Positions 36,871 through 50,063 of a stretch of DNA of 64,000 nt are shown here, piece by piece. The notes beneath the pieces are model-generated. The model was given only the letters and a program-made list of their open reading frames with translations, was not told the origin of the DNA and searched no databases. Positions within the stretch are counted from its first letter, which is position 1. Every line of letters begins with the position of its first letter. Position numbers and translations under genes: made by a program. Origin of the DNA: Camelus dromedarius (Eukaryota); assembly GCF_036321535.1 (NCBI RefSeq), contig NC_087446.1:39990001-40054000 (forward strand). Reading direction: 5' to 3'.

Positions 36871-37951
36871 GTTCCAGGTACTGCAAAGGAAGGCAATGGG
36901 GTAGGTGCCTTGTTTTTAAGTCCATTCATTTGTTTAACAGTATCTTGAAGCACCCACACTCTGCCAGGAAGGGTGCTAGATGACTAAGCACATTTCCTCT
37001 TTGGCACCTTCCTAGACCACCAGGCCAGATTAATGACTCCCTTTCCTCTGAACAGCCCACATCACCTGCACTGCTCATTTGAGACTTGGGAACTTTCGAC
37101 CTATGCTGATTAGTTTCAATTTAGCACCTATATAAACACACATATATATCGAGAACCCTAAGTTCTGGGAGATGAAGATGACTAAGACCCTTTCTTGCCC
37201 TCCAGCATCTTGTACAAGAGCTTTGTTGCCTTTTATGTGGGTTTGGTTTTATTCCACTAAATAGTTTGAAGAGTTTTTCTTCCTTCTCCTCATCTTTCCC
37301 CTCCTCCTTCTCCTCTCCTTCCCCTTCCTCTCCCTCCTCCTCCCTACTGCTGGAGGCCTGGCCCAGCTGTTCTCAGTCCCTTGAAGGCCTCTGCTGGAGA
37401 CTGGGTGAGTGTCATCTGTGTAGCACCAAAGGGTCCCCTTTGCCGGGAGTTCTTATTTCCCCAACCTCCATTTCCTGGATTACCTCAGGGCTCTTTTCAT
37501 ATATGTAAAGTGCTTTGCTCAGTGTCTGGCACATAATCAGTGCTCAGAAACAGTTGATGATCATGATCATATTGGTGGGTATGGTGATGGTTATTAGGAA
37601 CCAAGGTTTTCTCCTCAATTCTTCCATGGATACATTAATTTAGCAAAGATCAAAGAGGCTTGCTCAGATCTTGTGTTCCTTGGAGGAAAGTTTATGCTTT
37701 CCATGTTGGAGTGAATCAGTCTTAAACATCAGAGTTAATTTTTTTGATTTCCTTTTTCAAAGAAATTGGTATGGGCTGCAAGTGATTATTAAACGTGGTA
37801 ATTGGGACTGCACTTCTGCACCTTGTACATCACAAACTGGCTTTGTTTGAATGCCTGGGGTTGTAAAATGGAGAGAGAGGTTAATGGGATTCACCTCAAT
37901 AAATCTGCAACAATATTTGGGAAATTTTTTTAAATTAAACAAAGACTTTTG

Positions 37952-38193
37952 AAAGGAGGGTTGGAGGGATAAATTGGAATTTCAGGATTTGCAGATACTA
38001 CTATATATAAAATAGATAAACAGCAAGGTCCTACTGTATAGCACAGGGAACTAGATTCAAAATCTTATAATAACCTATAATGAAAAGGAATATATTTATG
38101 TATGACTGAAACACTATATTGTATACCAGAAATTAACACAACATTGTAAACCAACTATATTTCAATTAAAAAATAATTTAAAAACAAACCAAC
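37952..38193 (+). mobile_element. Artiodactyl L1 3' end (older; host site of the younger L1)
   Basis: gggataaattggaatttcaggatttgcagatac...acattgtaaaccaactatatttcaattaaaaa; flanks acaaagact at 37939 and 40053. Confidence 0.9.
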
Positions 38194-38204
38194 AAAGACA
38201 AAGA

Positions 38205-40048
38205 TGGTTCCATATAAATTTTATTATGATTTGTTCTAGTTCTGTGAAANNNNNNNNNNNNNNNNNNNNNNNNNNNNNNNNNNNNNNNNNNNNNNNNNNN
38301 NNNNNNNNNNNNNNNNNNNNNNNNNNNNNNNNNNNNNNNNNNNNNNNNNNNNNNNNNNNNNNNNNNNNNNNNNNNNNNNNNNNNNNNNNNNNNNNNNNNT
38401 TATAGTTTTCTGTGTATAATTCTTTCACCTCCTTGGTTAAAATTTATATGGAACCATCAAAGACCTAGAACTGCCAAAGCACTACTGAAGAGAAAGAAAG
38501 AGGCTGGAGGAATAACTCTCCCAGACTTCAGACAATACTATAGAGCCACAGTCATCAAGACAGCATGGTATTGGTACCAAAACAGACATATAGACCAATG
38601 GAACAGAATAGAGAGCCCAGAAATGAACCCACAAACTTTTGGTCAACTCATCTTCGACAAAGGAGGCAAGAATATACAGTGGAATAAAGACAGTCTCTTC
38701 AGCAAATGGTGTTGGGAAAACTGGACAGCAGCATGTAAAGCAATGAAGCTAGAACACTCCCTTACACCATACACAAAAATAAACTCAAAATGGATCAAAG
38801 ACTTAAACAAAAGACAAGATACAATAAACCTCCTAGAGGAAAATATAGGCAAAACATTATCTGACATACATCTCAAAAATGTTCTCCTAGAACAGTCTAC
38901 CCAAGCAATAGAAATAAAAGCAAGAATAAACAAATGGGACCTAATGAAACTTACAAGCTTCTGCACAGCAAAGGAAACCATAAGTAAAACAAAAAGACAA
39001 CCTATGGAATGGGAGAAAATTTTTGTAAATGAAACCAGCAAAGGCTTGATCTCCAGAATATATAAGCAGCTCATACGACTCAATGAGAAAAAAGTAAACA
39101 ACCCAATCCAAAAATGGGCAGAAGACCTAAACAAGCAATTCTCCAAGGAACACATACAATNNNNNNNNNNNNNNNNNNNNNNNNNNNNNNNNNNNNNNNN
39201 NNNNNNNNNNNNNNNNNNNNNNNNNNNNNNNNNNNNNNNNNNNNNNNNNNNNNNNNNNNNNNNNNNNNNNNNNNNNNNNNNNNNNNNNNNNNNNNNNNNN
39301 NNNNNNNNNNNNNNNNNNNNNNNNNNNNNNNNNNGGAATGCAGTCTGGTGCAGCCACTGTGGAAAACAGTATGGAGATTCCTCAAAAGACTAGGAATAGA
39401 CTTACCATATGACCCAGGAATCCCGCTCCTGGGCATATATCCAGAAGGAACCGTACTTCAGGATNNNNNNNNNNNNNNNNNNNNNNNNNNNNNNNNNNNN
39501 NNNNNNNNNNNNNNNNNNNNNNNNNNNNNNNNNNNNNNNNNNNNNNNNNNNNNNNNNNNNNNNNNNNNNNNNNNNNNNNNNNNNNNNNNNNNNNNNNNNN
39601 NNNNNNNNNNNNCATCTGCAGCAACATGGATGCTCCTGGAGAATGTCATTCTAAGTGAAGTAAGCCAGAAAGAGAAAGAAAAATACCATATGAGATCGCT
39701 CGTATGTGGAATCTAAAAAACAAAACCAAAAACAAACAAACAAACAAAAAAGCATAAATGCAAAACAGAAATAGACTCACAGACATAGAATACAAACTTG
39801 TGGTTGCCAAGGGGGTAGGGGGTGGGAAGAGATAGACTGGGATTTCAAAATTGTAGAATAGATAAACAAGATTATACTGTAGAGCACAGGGAAATATATA
39901 CAAGATCTTATGGTAGCTCACAGAGAAAACAAATGTCACAATGAATGTATGTATGTTCACATATAACCAAAAAATTGTGCTCTACACTGGAATTTGACAC
40001 AACATTGTAAAATGATTATAAATCAATAAAAAATGTTAAAAAAAAAAA
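38205..40048 (+). mobile_element. Young 5'-truncated, 5'-inverted (twin-primed) camelid-type L1, about 1.85 kb
   Basis: Inverted part 38203-38440, forward part 38438-40048, AATAAA at 40025, poly(A), TSD aaagacaaaga at 38194-38204 and 40049-40059. Confidence 0.95.
38438..39716 (+). pseudogene. L1 ORF2 C-terminal remnant (region after the RT domain)
   Basis: [10 protein letters not shown]...[41 protein letters not shown]...[31 protein letters not shown]...ILSEVSQKEKEKYHMRSLVCGI*; the frame changes across the N gap at 39161-39334. Confidence 0.93.
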
Positions 40049-40109
40049 AAAGACAAAGACTCTTTAAAGACGCTGTGTCACTCAGGCTGTAACTCCCTAC
40101 CTCCTCAGT

Positions 40110-40250
40110 CTCTCCCCAATAATAGCTAAAAATGCTTATTTCACTAGAACTTGGCCACATTCACACAGCTCGAAAAGTCATGGAGCTGGATTCAAACCCA
40201 GACAGCCAGGCATCCAAACCTGGACTGTAATCATCAGGTTTTACTACTTT
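40110..40250 (-). mobile_element. MIR SINE fragment
   Basis: ggagctggattcaaacccagacagccaggcatccaaacctggac. Confidence 0.6.
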
Positions 40251-42644
40251 TCATAAGGAAGAGGGAGGCTGATTTAGAGGGGACACTTCAGGGGACCGTG
40301 GGTAAACCAGCTTGACCAAAACATCAAGTGCTTGTAAGGGAGGAGTGAGCATAACCGCAATCAACCCTTAAATAGTACCCGATTAATTCCCAATTGACGC
40401 CTGTCTCTGCAAGACTGTACGCTCCAGGAGGGCAGGAATCACGTTCACTGGTGAACCAACCCCAGTGTTGGGTGCACAGAAGGCACTTAATACTAAATGT
40501 TTACTAGAGTGAATTGAAGTGAAAAGTGTAGGCTCTGTTCATAGAGAAAACATAAATCCTTTTTCCGGGTATCAGAAAGTTTCTCTGACTTAGGGGAGTT
40601 CTCCCTCCCTGGGAAAGTCTCATTACAGTGGATGGGAAACTGTGAGGCAGTTTGGCTCTTTCCAGATTCAGTCTTCAGGACAAGTTGGTGAGGTGATGGG
40701 GAAGGCAGGTGTGCAGGACGTGCCCATCCTGGGCCTCAACTGGTGCCTCTGCAGCAGCCGTTGAGGAAGCTGGTGATTGGCATGTAGGTGACTCAGGAAA
40801 TGCTTCCTTGAGGGGCCCTGGGGGTGATCAGGCAGCCACGGGAGCTCCTGCCTTGCAAAATGCAGTCATCACTCCTTGTCTTAAAAATAAATCATCTGTG
40901 GTTTTCTAATGAGGTCACAGGAAAAATGCTCTGTGCTTTCTAGTAGGAAGGGCAGGGAAAACAATCTCTGAGTCTCATTTCCCATCTCAGACAGAGGTGC
41001 ATTGGGGTGCAGAGGTGCCGGGGAGAACTGGGGAGATGGAAATCCAGAAGCATCCAGAGCCTTCCCTCAACTCGTGCACTATGTACGGGTCAGGACACAA
41101 GAGCTCCAAGCAATGACAGGGGCCCTGAGCTCTAGCATTTATAGTAGTTTCCCCCAAGGCACTGACCATGGCCAGTCATGGTGCCTGGGTCATAGTAGGC
41201 TCTCAGTAAATGTAAATGAATCAGTGATAAAACCAAGTCGCAGAGAGGTGAATTCACTTCCTCAAGTGGGGCTTCCCTTGGGGTGGCCTGAGGGCTCTCA
41301 GCAGAGCCAGTGCAGCCCTGCAGTCAGCCCTGGAGGCCACTCTGTCTAAAGGTCTGGGGGGTTTTATTAGAGCCTTCCTTCTTACCATTGTGTTTTACTC
41401 TCCTGGGGCCTTTCTGTGGAGTTCTGAGCACGGCCCACCTGCACTCCTGGCCCAGCCTAGTCTCTGACCAAGTATTTGCCTTTGCCACTCCCCACCCCCG
41501 CATCAGCAGATGGCATCTGGAAGTGCTCCTGTAGTCCTCACCTGTCGGAGCTTCAAACACCCACCTGCACCTACACTGAGCTCTATTCTCTGCCCCACTG
41601 GTTTACCTGTTTCTTATGCTAGGGCTTCTGCCTCAGGTTCCTGGTTTGGCCTTTTGGTCCTCTGCTAACGATTTCTAGAGGTCTAGGTTGTCTGTGACCT
41701 TGACATTCCCTCCCTCCAATACACACACCCCTCTGGGCATTCACCTGTGTTGCTTGCACACCTAGCCAGTAGCTCCAAACTAGCCTTGTTAAGTGTGTTT
41801 AATGAGCACCTACTCTGTGCATTGTTGGAGGCCAACTGTTTGTGACAACTGTGTCCAAGCTTTGCATTTCCCCAATTGCAAGCATTCCCCTGCTCAGGTG
41901 GGTGCTGCCATCCATCCAACAGGGAATCTTTCTATGTGTGTTCATGGCCTCCCAAATCGGCCACACTCCCCAGGTGCTGTGGGAGAGCTACCCAACCCCA
42001 ACAGGGGCCAGCCCTGGCCACTTCCCCAGCTGCCTTCCCTCAGGTACCCACTGCCCTTTAATTTCCCGTTTTTTCACAGAAGGGAGCCAAGGCACAGACA
42101 GCATAAGTAATCACAGAAGGCAACATGGAAACCGTGTAGGGGCAAATGGATGGTAACCAGAGTTACTCAGAGTGCCGTGTGATGTGCACCAGCAGGCTGG
42201 GCCTGGAACGATGCTGGGGGTGAGAGGATCAGGACCTGGGCACTCTCCCCCAGTGGTCAGGGATCTGTGAGGGTGCAGGCGTGTCCTGGGCAAGTACACG
42301 TTTCCTGTTAATCCCCAACTCCAGCAGACCTCTTCCTGGCACTGCCCTGCCTAGACCTGGGAGGTTCTGAGCCAAGAGGCCCGGCCTTTGCAATTCAGAC
42401 CCTTTACAACCCCACCCACCCTCTCTCTGCCTCTCATTGTCCTCTGCGTGTTCTTTTATTTTTATTTTTTTCCTTTCCCAATGAGGCAAAAGGCTTTGCA
42501 TGTTAATAATACTTTCCTCATAGGGCTGTTGTCTTGTTTTAATAAGGTACCGCGTGTGAAGAATTTAGAACAATGCCTGCAGCTCATGTGCTCCACCCCA
42601 CCGTCTCCCCAACCTCTTACATCTTGTGCAACGTGTATGCCCTG

Positions 42645-42815
42645 AACTTGGCCCAGTGATGTCTGTGGAATTAGATCCAAGTTCAAAATCTGCTACTCTT
42701 GGGGGCTTGGGCAAATTGTTTCAACTTCCCAAACCACAGCTTTCTTATCTCTACAATGGGGGCACTCCTAAGGATGTTGTGAGGACTGAAGGAGGTAATG
42801 CATTAAAAGGTCCAT
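42645..42815 (+). mobile_element. MIR SINE
   Basis: caagttcaaaatctgctactcttgggggcttgggcaaattgtttcaacttcccaaaccacagc. Confidence 0.6.
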
Positions 42816-42944
42816 TTATTCAGCGCTCCATACTGTGGCCGCACGCTGCCAAGTTCTAGATTTGTAGCAAAAAGTAAGGTCCCAAGCTCCGCCTTCCAGG
42901 GAGGGGGACCTGAAATAAATGGTGGCATGCATGATTTTTTTCAT

Positions 42945-44270
42945 ATGATGAATTTTAATTTTATTTGCTTTGGGATTAATGTTTTTTCAATAATTAAAAA
43001 TGCAGCATATATAAAACCACCCACTAAAATTAACAGTAGTTAATAATTTCTCACATTTGCATGATGTTCTGCGAAAAAGAAGGAATACATTTTAATAAAA
43101 GCCAAAACCCCTCTTCTTAGCCACATCCCCGGTCCTTCCTTCTTCCCTAGAGGCAACTGTGATCTTGAATTTGGAGCAAGTCTTCCAGTCTGTCTTTATA
43201 TTTTGCTCTCTCTCTTTCTCTGTGTTCATAAATCATGGATGGTCCTTTTTGTATTACATTTACATACGAAACATCAAACTGTGGGTGATACTCTGCAACA
43301 GAATCTGAAACCTAGCATTGTTTCTCAGACATATTTATGTTGAAACATGGAGTTCCCTCATTTATGTGATGGCTGTCTGCTATTCTGTCAGTTCCCCACC
43401 TTTGCTCCCTCCCAGGGCTGCAGTGATCAGAGGGCATGCCTCTCTTCCGGCTCCCGTAGGAGGTATTCCTAGAAGTGGAATTGCTGAATCATAAGTAGGG
43501 CGTGCACGTTTGCAGCTTGGCTGGCCAGTGCCAACTTGTTTTCCAAAGTGTTTGTACTGATTTACCGTAGCAACATATGAGAATTCTTGTTTCTCCACAT
43601 TCTCACCAATGCTTGGTATTATTAGACTTTTTACTGTGCACCAATCTGATTGGATGTGGAATGGCATCTCATCCTTGTCTTCATCTGCATATCTCTGATC
43701 ACTAGCGAGCTGAACGTTATTCCTAGTTTTCTCAACATTCAGGTCTCCTGTTCAACAAAGTACCTGCTCATATTTTTTACCCACTTTTTTTCTTTTTCTG
43801 TTGGGTTGCTTGCCTTTTATTTTTTCTGTGGGAGTTCTTGATACATCCTGGGGACTGATTCTTTATCTGTTGTGTATGTTGCAAATGCTTTTTCCAGTAC
43901 ATTGCTTATTGTTGAGCCTTGTTCATTAGGCTTTGTGTCATGCAGAAGTTTTTCATTTTGTTATGGTCAAATTAATCAATCTTTTATAATTATAGCTTTC
44001 TTGTCTTAAGACTTGAGATTGAAATTCATAATTTCAAAGTTTGTTATTTTGGTTTTACATGTGGGTGGTTAATCAGTCCATTTGGAACTTGTTTTTCCAA
44101 ATAAATGTGCAGTGTGAGGTAGGGGTCCAATTTAATTTTTTCCCCTAAGGAAAGCCATTTGTCCCAATGCCTTTTTGAACAGTCCATCTTTTCCATACTA
44201 TTCTGTAATACTACCTCTGTTCTGTACTGAGTTGACATGTTTATGTGGTCTTTTTCTAGGCTATTTTGTT
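42945..44270 (-). mobile_element. L1ME-like fragment
   Basis: attcctagaagtggaattgctgaatc...ccacattctcaccaatgcttggtattattagactttt...tcctggggactgattctttatctgttgtgtatgttgcaaat; degenerate ORF2-like ORFs at 43380-43667 and 44044-44238. Confidence 0.8.
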
Positions 44271-45799
44271 TTCTTTGTCTAGATGTAAAGTATTACTTAC
44301 TCATAATTGTAGGAAATGCTATTGTGGAAGAGCCCAGGATGCTCTAGGAACATACAGCAGGGGGATTGGAAGGCCCTTCATTCCTTTGCTCTATTCTGCT
44401 GCTTTCCCAGCTTTTATATGAATTACGGACCTTTCCATTACACAGCCTATCCATCTTATGTGAACTCTCTGCACTGACTTTGGGGTGGGGCTGGGTGGGC
44501 ACCCACTGGGAGAAGAAAGCATGACCCACTGAGCAGTGACAGATGCCACACCACTCTGGGTGGCTGTATGCAGCCAAGGCCCAAGTTTGTTTGTGGAAGC
44601 CTGGTATTTACACACTCCTGTCCTCATTGTGAAAGAGTCACTTTTCAGAGCAATTTAATCGTGGCACAGGCCTGTCCCCACACAGGTTAGATAACAGATG
44701 CGTGACAGTGCAGGTTAGCTTCCAGAGGAAAACTGAGTCTATGAGCTCACTGGGAACAGGCAGGAATCTTGAACTGAAAGTGGAGGTTGGAGATAAATTC
44801 CCAGGATAGGTTACCCTTGGGCCAGGAGCAGAGTTTTCAGTTGAAAAGCAAGCAGGTTGGCTGCCTGGGCCACTCCAAGAGGCTGCATTTCCTGTTGCTG
44901 CATCCCTCCTGAAGCCTTGCCCTGTGTTCAGAAGCGCCTCTTGATTTCCCACTTCTGGTTCTTACATCCAGGTTGCTGCATCAGCATGCAGTTATCACGC
45001 TGCTCAGTTTCACTGTAAAATCCAGTGCATGCAACTTAGAAGACCACCAAACTGGGACTGAGGGGGACTTGGAGGGGGCGGGGGAAGGTGATTGTTTATG
45101 TTTTATGCAGAGGTTCTGAACTCACACAGCTCAGGACATACTCAGCAGGAAGTTCCAGGGAGCTGTTACAATTCACAAGGCATAGTCAGGCTTCCCAGTG
45201 CCTTCTAAGAATCAGTACAATCAGTAGAACATTGAGTCTGGACTCTGGAGAGTAGAACTGGGTTGTTGAGTTCTGTGTAATACTAGATGAGCTACAGTGA
45301 ATTCTCATTTTGCATGGGATGGGGACAGAGGATTAAGTCTAACATCAGCACATTAAGTGAGTCTACACTGCACTGGAAAAATCCCTTACATTGTCTACAA
45401 AGTGTGATGTATAGATAGATATTCTCAAAACAGATCTCATTCTCAAAATAGGTCCACTCTAGCTAGTTTATTCCTTGGTTATTGGAGCAGATCTCCATTT
45501 TTTTAGTGGAGCCCCAGATGAAGGAGGTGACTAGTGTGTTTAGGGGATGCATTTGAAAACCAGTTATCTTTAAACAGAAGCACAGCTGGCTGGGGAGGAG
45601 GAATGCAAAGGGGCCCACTGAGCACATTCTCTGAGAGTGACTCCTTTTTGATGATAAGTAATGCACATGATGATTGTTCAGACCATGAGGAAAGGAATAG
45701 TGTGGAAACAAGATTCCTAGAAGCTTCTCCAGCAGAGATACAGCTCCCTACCCCAAAGCCCATTCCCTCTAGTATTAGAACCTGGCTCTGCCTCTGTCT

Positions 45800-45981
45800 A
45801 TTATTTATTTTTTTTAACATTTTTTATTGATTTATAATCATTTTACAATGCTGTATCAAATTCCAGTGTAGAGCACAATTTTTCAGTTATACATGAACAT
45901 ATATATATTCATTGTCACATTTGTTTTCTCCATGAGCTACCATAAGATCTTGTGTATATTTCCCTGTGCTATTCAGTATAA
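45800..45981 (-). mobile_element. Young 5'-truncated camelid-type L1 3' end with 13-bp TSD
   Basis: TSD tctgcctctgtct at 45787-45799 and 45982-45994; closely matches 39870-40045 in reverse orientation. Confidence 0.93.
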
Positions 45982-46284
45982 TCTGCCTCTGTCTTTGAAT
46001 GCTGGGCTCACACTCAGGGCCCAGAGAGGAGTCCATTCAGGTGGCTGGGAGCCCTGGGGGAAGCAGGAGACTAAAGACTCACAACTCCCTTGTACTCCGG
46101 GCATCAGCTCATCGATTGGAAGAGTGGGTGGAATTGTCTGCCCAAAAATGAAAATAAAATCATGCCACTTATATTATAGCAGCTAATGCTGTGTCCAGCA
46201 GTGTTCTAAATGCTCTCTCTCTGTTAACTTACTTGATAATATGTATGTAATAAACACTCCAGTGTGCCCTGTGATAGATCACCT

Positions 46285-46430
46285 GGGGCACTCATTAACT
46301 AGACAGGTTGCCAGGCCTCTCTGCCTGGGATTTCTGATTGAGTAGATCTGGGTCAGAGCCCAGGAATCTGTGTTTTTAACAAGTACTGGAGGTAACGCTT
46401 GCATACAGGCTGGTTTAGGAAATGCAGAAT
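46285..46430. mobile_element. MER5-type hAT-Charlie fragment
   Basis: gatttctgattgagtagatctgggtcagagcccaggaatctgtgtttttaacaag. Confidence 0.65.
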
Positions 46431-46489
46431 CATTTCTATCTTGCTCGTTTGCTGAGCTGGTACAGTGATGTTTGTGTCAGTTTCCACGT

Positions 46490-46680
46490 GTGTTGTTATG
46501 CCCCTGTATTAAACCTTTCTAAGCCTGAGTCTCCTCTTCTGTGAAATGGGAATGGTAATTGGGTCTACTTCTCAGAGTGTGACAATTCAGTGAGATGAAG
46601 CATTCAAAACGTGATGTCTGATACTTGGTAACTTGGCCAGCACTACCATAGTTATTACTATTATTTAGAGCAGCACAAAG
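46490..46680 (+). mobile_element. MIR SINE
   Basis: aacctttctaagcctgagtctcctcttctgtgaaatgggaatggtaatt. Confidence 0.7.
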
Positions 46681-47642
46681 CACGCGAAGAGACTCACACC
46701 CCTGCACTAGCGTCACCAGATGGAGTGGCCTTTACATAGTTTACTGCAGGGATGTGCCCAAGCTAATCTCCTTTCACCGGTTCTCACATGTAGATCCAGT
46801 GCCTGGAGGAAAATGGATTGGCAGAGAATTGATTACTTCCTGCCTCCCTCAGCAGCCCTGTTTCAAAAGGCCCTGGTCAAATTAAAATGCATTAACTGAG
46901 TTTGTTAAGGAGCCACCAGTCATCTGGGAAGGTCCATGCATGCCCTGCCTCCTGCCCTCCTATGCCAGGCTGCCGACCATCCACATTCACATGCATGACC
47001 ACACAGCTCCAGGACTTGTGGCTGCATCCTGGCTCCCATGGAAACCTGAGGTTTGGTTCTGAGCCTGGAGACAAATGAGGTGGCTGTCTGTACCATGTTC
47101 CCAAGTGGGTTCTCTTTCATGTCCAATATTTTCTCTGCCTATTGTAGAGGCTCAGCCTCAGAAAGCAAAAGCAAAGCACAAAAAGGCCAAATGGAGAAAT
47201 AGACCAACAGAAAGAGAGCCAAGGGGAGGTGGTTACATAACCCGGCAGCCAGGCTGTCTGCAAGCCGAATGACTTATTTAGCTGTCTGTCTTTGCGGGAT
47301 GTCAGACTCCATCCTTTCCAGCTGGCTCTCTGCTTCGGTGATTACATTAACACTCGGTAATTATAGGAAATAGACACTTCTCCAGTCACCAGCATTCCCA
47401 AGTGGTGGGATGGGGGAGATTCAATACCAGGAACACTGGATTGCTAATCTGCACACTGGTCCCTACCCAAAGTCTTGATCATCTGTGTGGCAAAATGAGA
47501 CAGAAATAAGGGCAGAGTAGTGAATTTTCCTTCCCCAAAACTGCAGAATATATACAATTCAAAGTCTGGTACTTGATCTTGAGCTGATCTTAAAATGTCC
47601 ATTTAAAAAATCCAAATTCCTTTTTAAAAATCCAAATAAAAA

Positions 47643-47760
47643 ACTTGTAATAACCTATAATGAAAAAAATATATAATACATATACCTGAATCACTATGCT
47701 GTACACCAGAAATTAACACAACATTGTAAGTCAACTATACTTCAATTAAAAAATAAGAAA
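47643..47760 (+). mobile_element. Short artiodactyl L1 3' end
   Basis: cttgtaataacctataatgaaaaaa...gaatcactatgctgtacaccagaaattaacacaacattgtaagtcaactatacttcaattaaaaa. Confidence 0.9.
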
Positions 47761-48449
47761 TCTAAAATGATGGTGATAATAATTAGTGGTTGCCTCTGTC
47801 ATTTTGATATGACACAAAAGGTTGGTTCCTAATACCAGTTTCTACTTTAGAGAAAAATTCCTGATCTATGAAATCCTCAAGTCTGAGAATCACTGCTTTA
47901 TATACAAAGAAGTAACACAATAAACAAAATTGAACAATAAGGTATGAAGGGAACCTCTCTCCTTTTTTAACTCATGTGCGTAGTATTTTTAGCCTCGACC
48001 TCTGCTCTTTACACAGGAGGTAACAATTGCTTAGGGATCCCTTGTGGCTCTGCCCATCTTGCTTCCAATACAGCCAACCCTGCCTTGCCCCACAAGGCCT
48101 TGAAGACAGAATTTCTAGCTAATGACATCCTTGCCCTCTGCTAATGCCTAAATTCTTCCTGCTCCTGGGTTTGCATCTTTGTGGCTGCCCCAGTGGATTG
48201 GAAACCTCTGGGGCCGACAATTCCCAGGATAGTAACTATAGCTCTGCGGTTTGTTCCCTTCCCGAGCTGTGCTGTCAGGAGGTGGGGAGGGGTGGTCCCC
48301 AGCCACAACATGCCTTAGGCACAGATCCTGGCACTTCTTGTCTCTCACTTGCTGCATGGTGCTGAAAGGGTTCCCTGAGGCCTTGGGTCCATCTGTTTAC
48401 ATGGGTGCCCTTTAACATGGCACCTGTAATATCCCAGGCATGGTCTGTA

Positions 48450-48880
48450 GATCAGGTACGTAAGTGAATCCTCCTGACTGCTTGTGAGGTGGGTGTCATT
48501 CATTCCATTTGACAGATAAGCACACCAAGGCCTGGTGAGAGCGAAGAGATGTGCATATCACCTGTAGCCCATCAGTGACAGATCTGCACCTGTGCAGACT
48601 AAATATCCCTGGGCCTCAAATGACCCAGGCCGGAAATGCAGTGGGTGTTTAACCAGGCTCCCTCAATTTCCAGAGTCCATAAGAAAGCTTAGGGGATGGG
48701 CGGCACCACCTCCCTACCAGCTCCCTCTGCCCAGGGTGTGCCTTCACCTCTCCAACGAGCCTTAGTTTTTGCATCCCTCAAGTGAGCTTACAGATGCCTA
48801 ATAATACCTCCTAGGGCTGTAGGGAAAATAAAATGAGATAATGTCTGCCAAATGCTCACCAACAATAGATACTTAATAAA
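48450..48880. mobile_element. Two MIR fragments (about 48450-48560 minus, about 48745-48880 plus)
   Basis: tgtgaggtgggtgtcattcattccatttgacagataag; gccttagtttttgcatccctcaagtgag...gtagggaaaataaaatgagataat. Confidence 0.55.
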
Positions 48881-49734
48881 TGTTATTCTCCTTATTCTTG
48901 ATAAAATCCTCCATCAACACAGCAACATTCTTGTTTGAAAAAAAAAGTACTGCACAGGGCACAGACTGGATGGTCAGGGAGCTCTTTGGGATCACAGATC
49001 TCAGAGGGCAGAAGGAATTCCAGACAAGGAATACATATCTCCAAAGGGCTACCTGTTTGCTCAGAACTCTTGAGGATGCCAGGGAGAGATCCTCCCCTTT
49101 CCCAACCTCCTCCCCAAATCAGAAGTGCACAAACTAGGAGGACCTGCCAAAACGCCTGGAAGTCCTTGGAATTTATGGAGAATCCAAAGTCCATGGCAGC
49201 CAGGTTTTATTCTAATGATCCATTTCCCATGTGTTGGAAAGAACCTGTTTCCGCAGCAGAATGTCTCTATGTTCTCTTGAGCAGGGCAAGAGGGGCCAGT
49301 GAAATTGCAGCTTGGGAAATTGGTTCCATGAAGACACGGTCTCTGCTCAAGAGAGACAGTGTAGTGGTCATGCCATCTTGCTGTTGCCTCTCATGTGCCC
49401 CTCCTGTCACTGCCTCCTGTCTCTTTAAAATCCATAATAGAGAAGGATCTGCTCACGAGTGCCTTTGAAAGCAGCTCTAGCAGCTCACTAGCACCCCAAA
49501 AGATGGAGTATTTTGTGAACAACTTGCTGGATTTGGCTCTCCTGGGATCTCCCTCTGGCTTCTAGGAATAATGCATACCTAGTTTTCCTACGGCTTGGAG
49601 AGTACTGATTAATGGTGCTGTGACGCTCATTGGAGGCAGGTGCTTTTTCACTGCCTCAGCTGGCCCTGATGGATGGCACAGTCTCTTCCCTGGCGGGGCA
49701 GCCTCTTTCAGGACTTCCTCTCCCCACTGCAAGC

Positions 49735-49900
49735 CTTATTCATCACTGTAGCTACTATGTCTGAAATGCTGGCTGTATTTGAGAGCACCATTCATGTGTC
49801 TGTGCTCCTTCATAGCCACCCACAGGGAAAGCACTATTATTACTATCCATTTTGTAGTTGAAGATAGTAAGGTCTGGTGAGGTTCTGGGATTCCCCTAGA
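49735..49900 (-). mobile_element. MIR SINE
   Basis: agcactattattactatccattttgtagttgaagatagtaagg. Confidence 0.6.
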
Positions 49901-50063
49901 CCTCAAATCAGTAGCAGATGGCAGATCCAGGATGCAAACACAGGTTGATACGATTCCAGGGCCCTGCTGTCTTGCTGCAACACTCTTGCTTCGGTGAGCA
50001 GACCCTGGGAGTGATGTAGTCAAAGTCCTGGTTTGATTTACCAGCCTTAGGAGGTATCTCTGC

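Noticed and set aside
41503-41516. CTCF-like cores (tcagcagatggcat; also tcaccagatggagt at 46713)
   Set aside because: Mismatches at informative positions; cannot be supported without PWM scoring or ChIP data
48935-49468. Longest non-L1 ORF (177 aa)
   Set aside because: No recognisable domain, non-ATG start, no supported splice context; this length is compatible with chance in 64 kb
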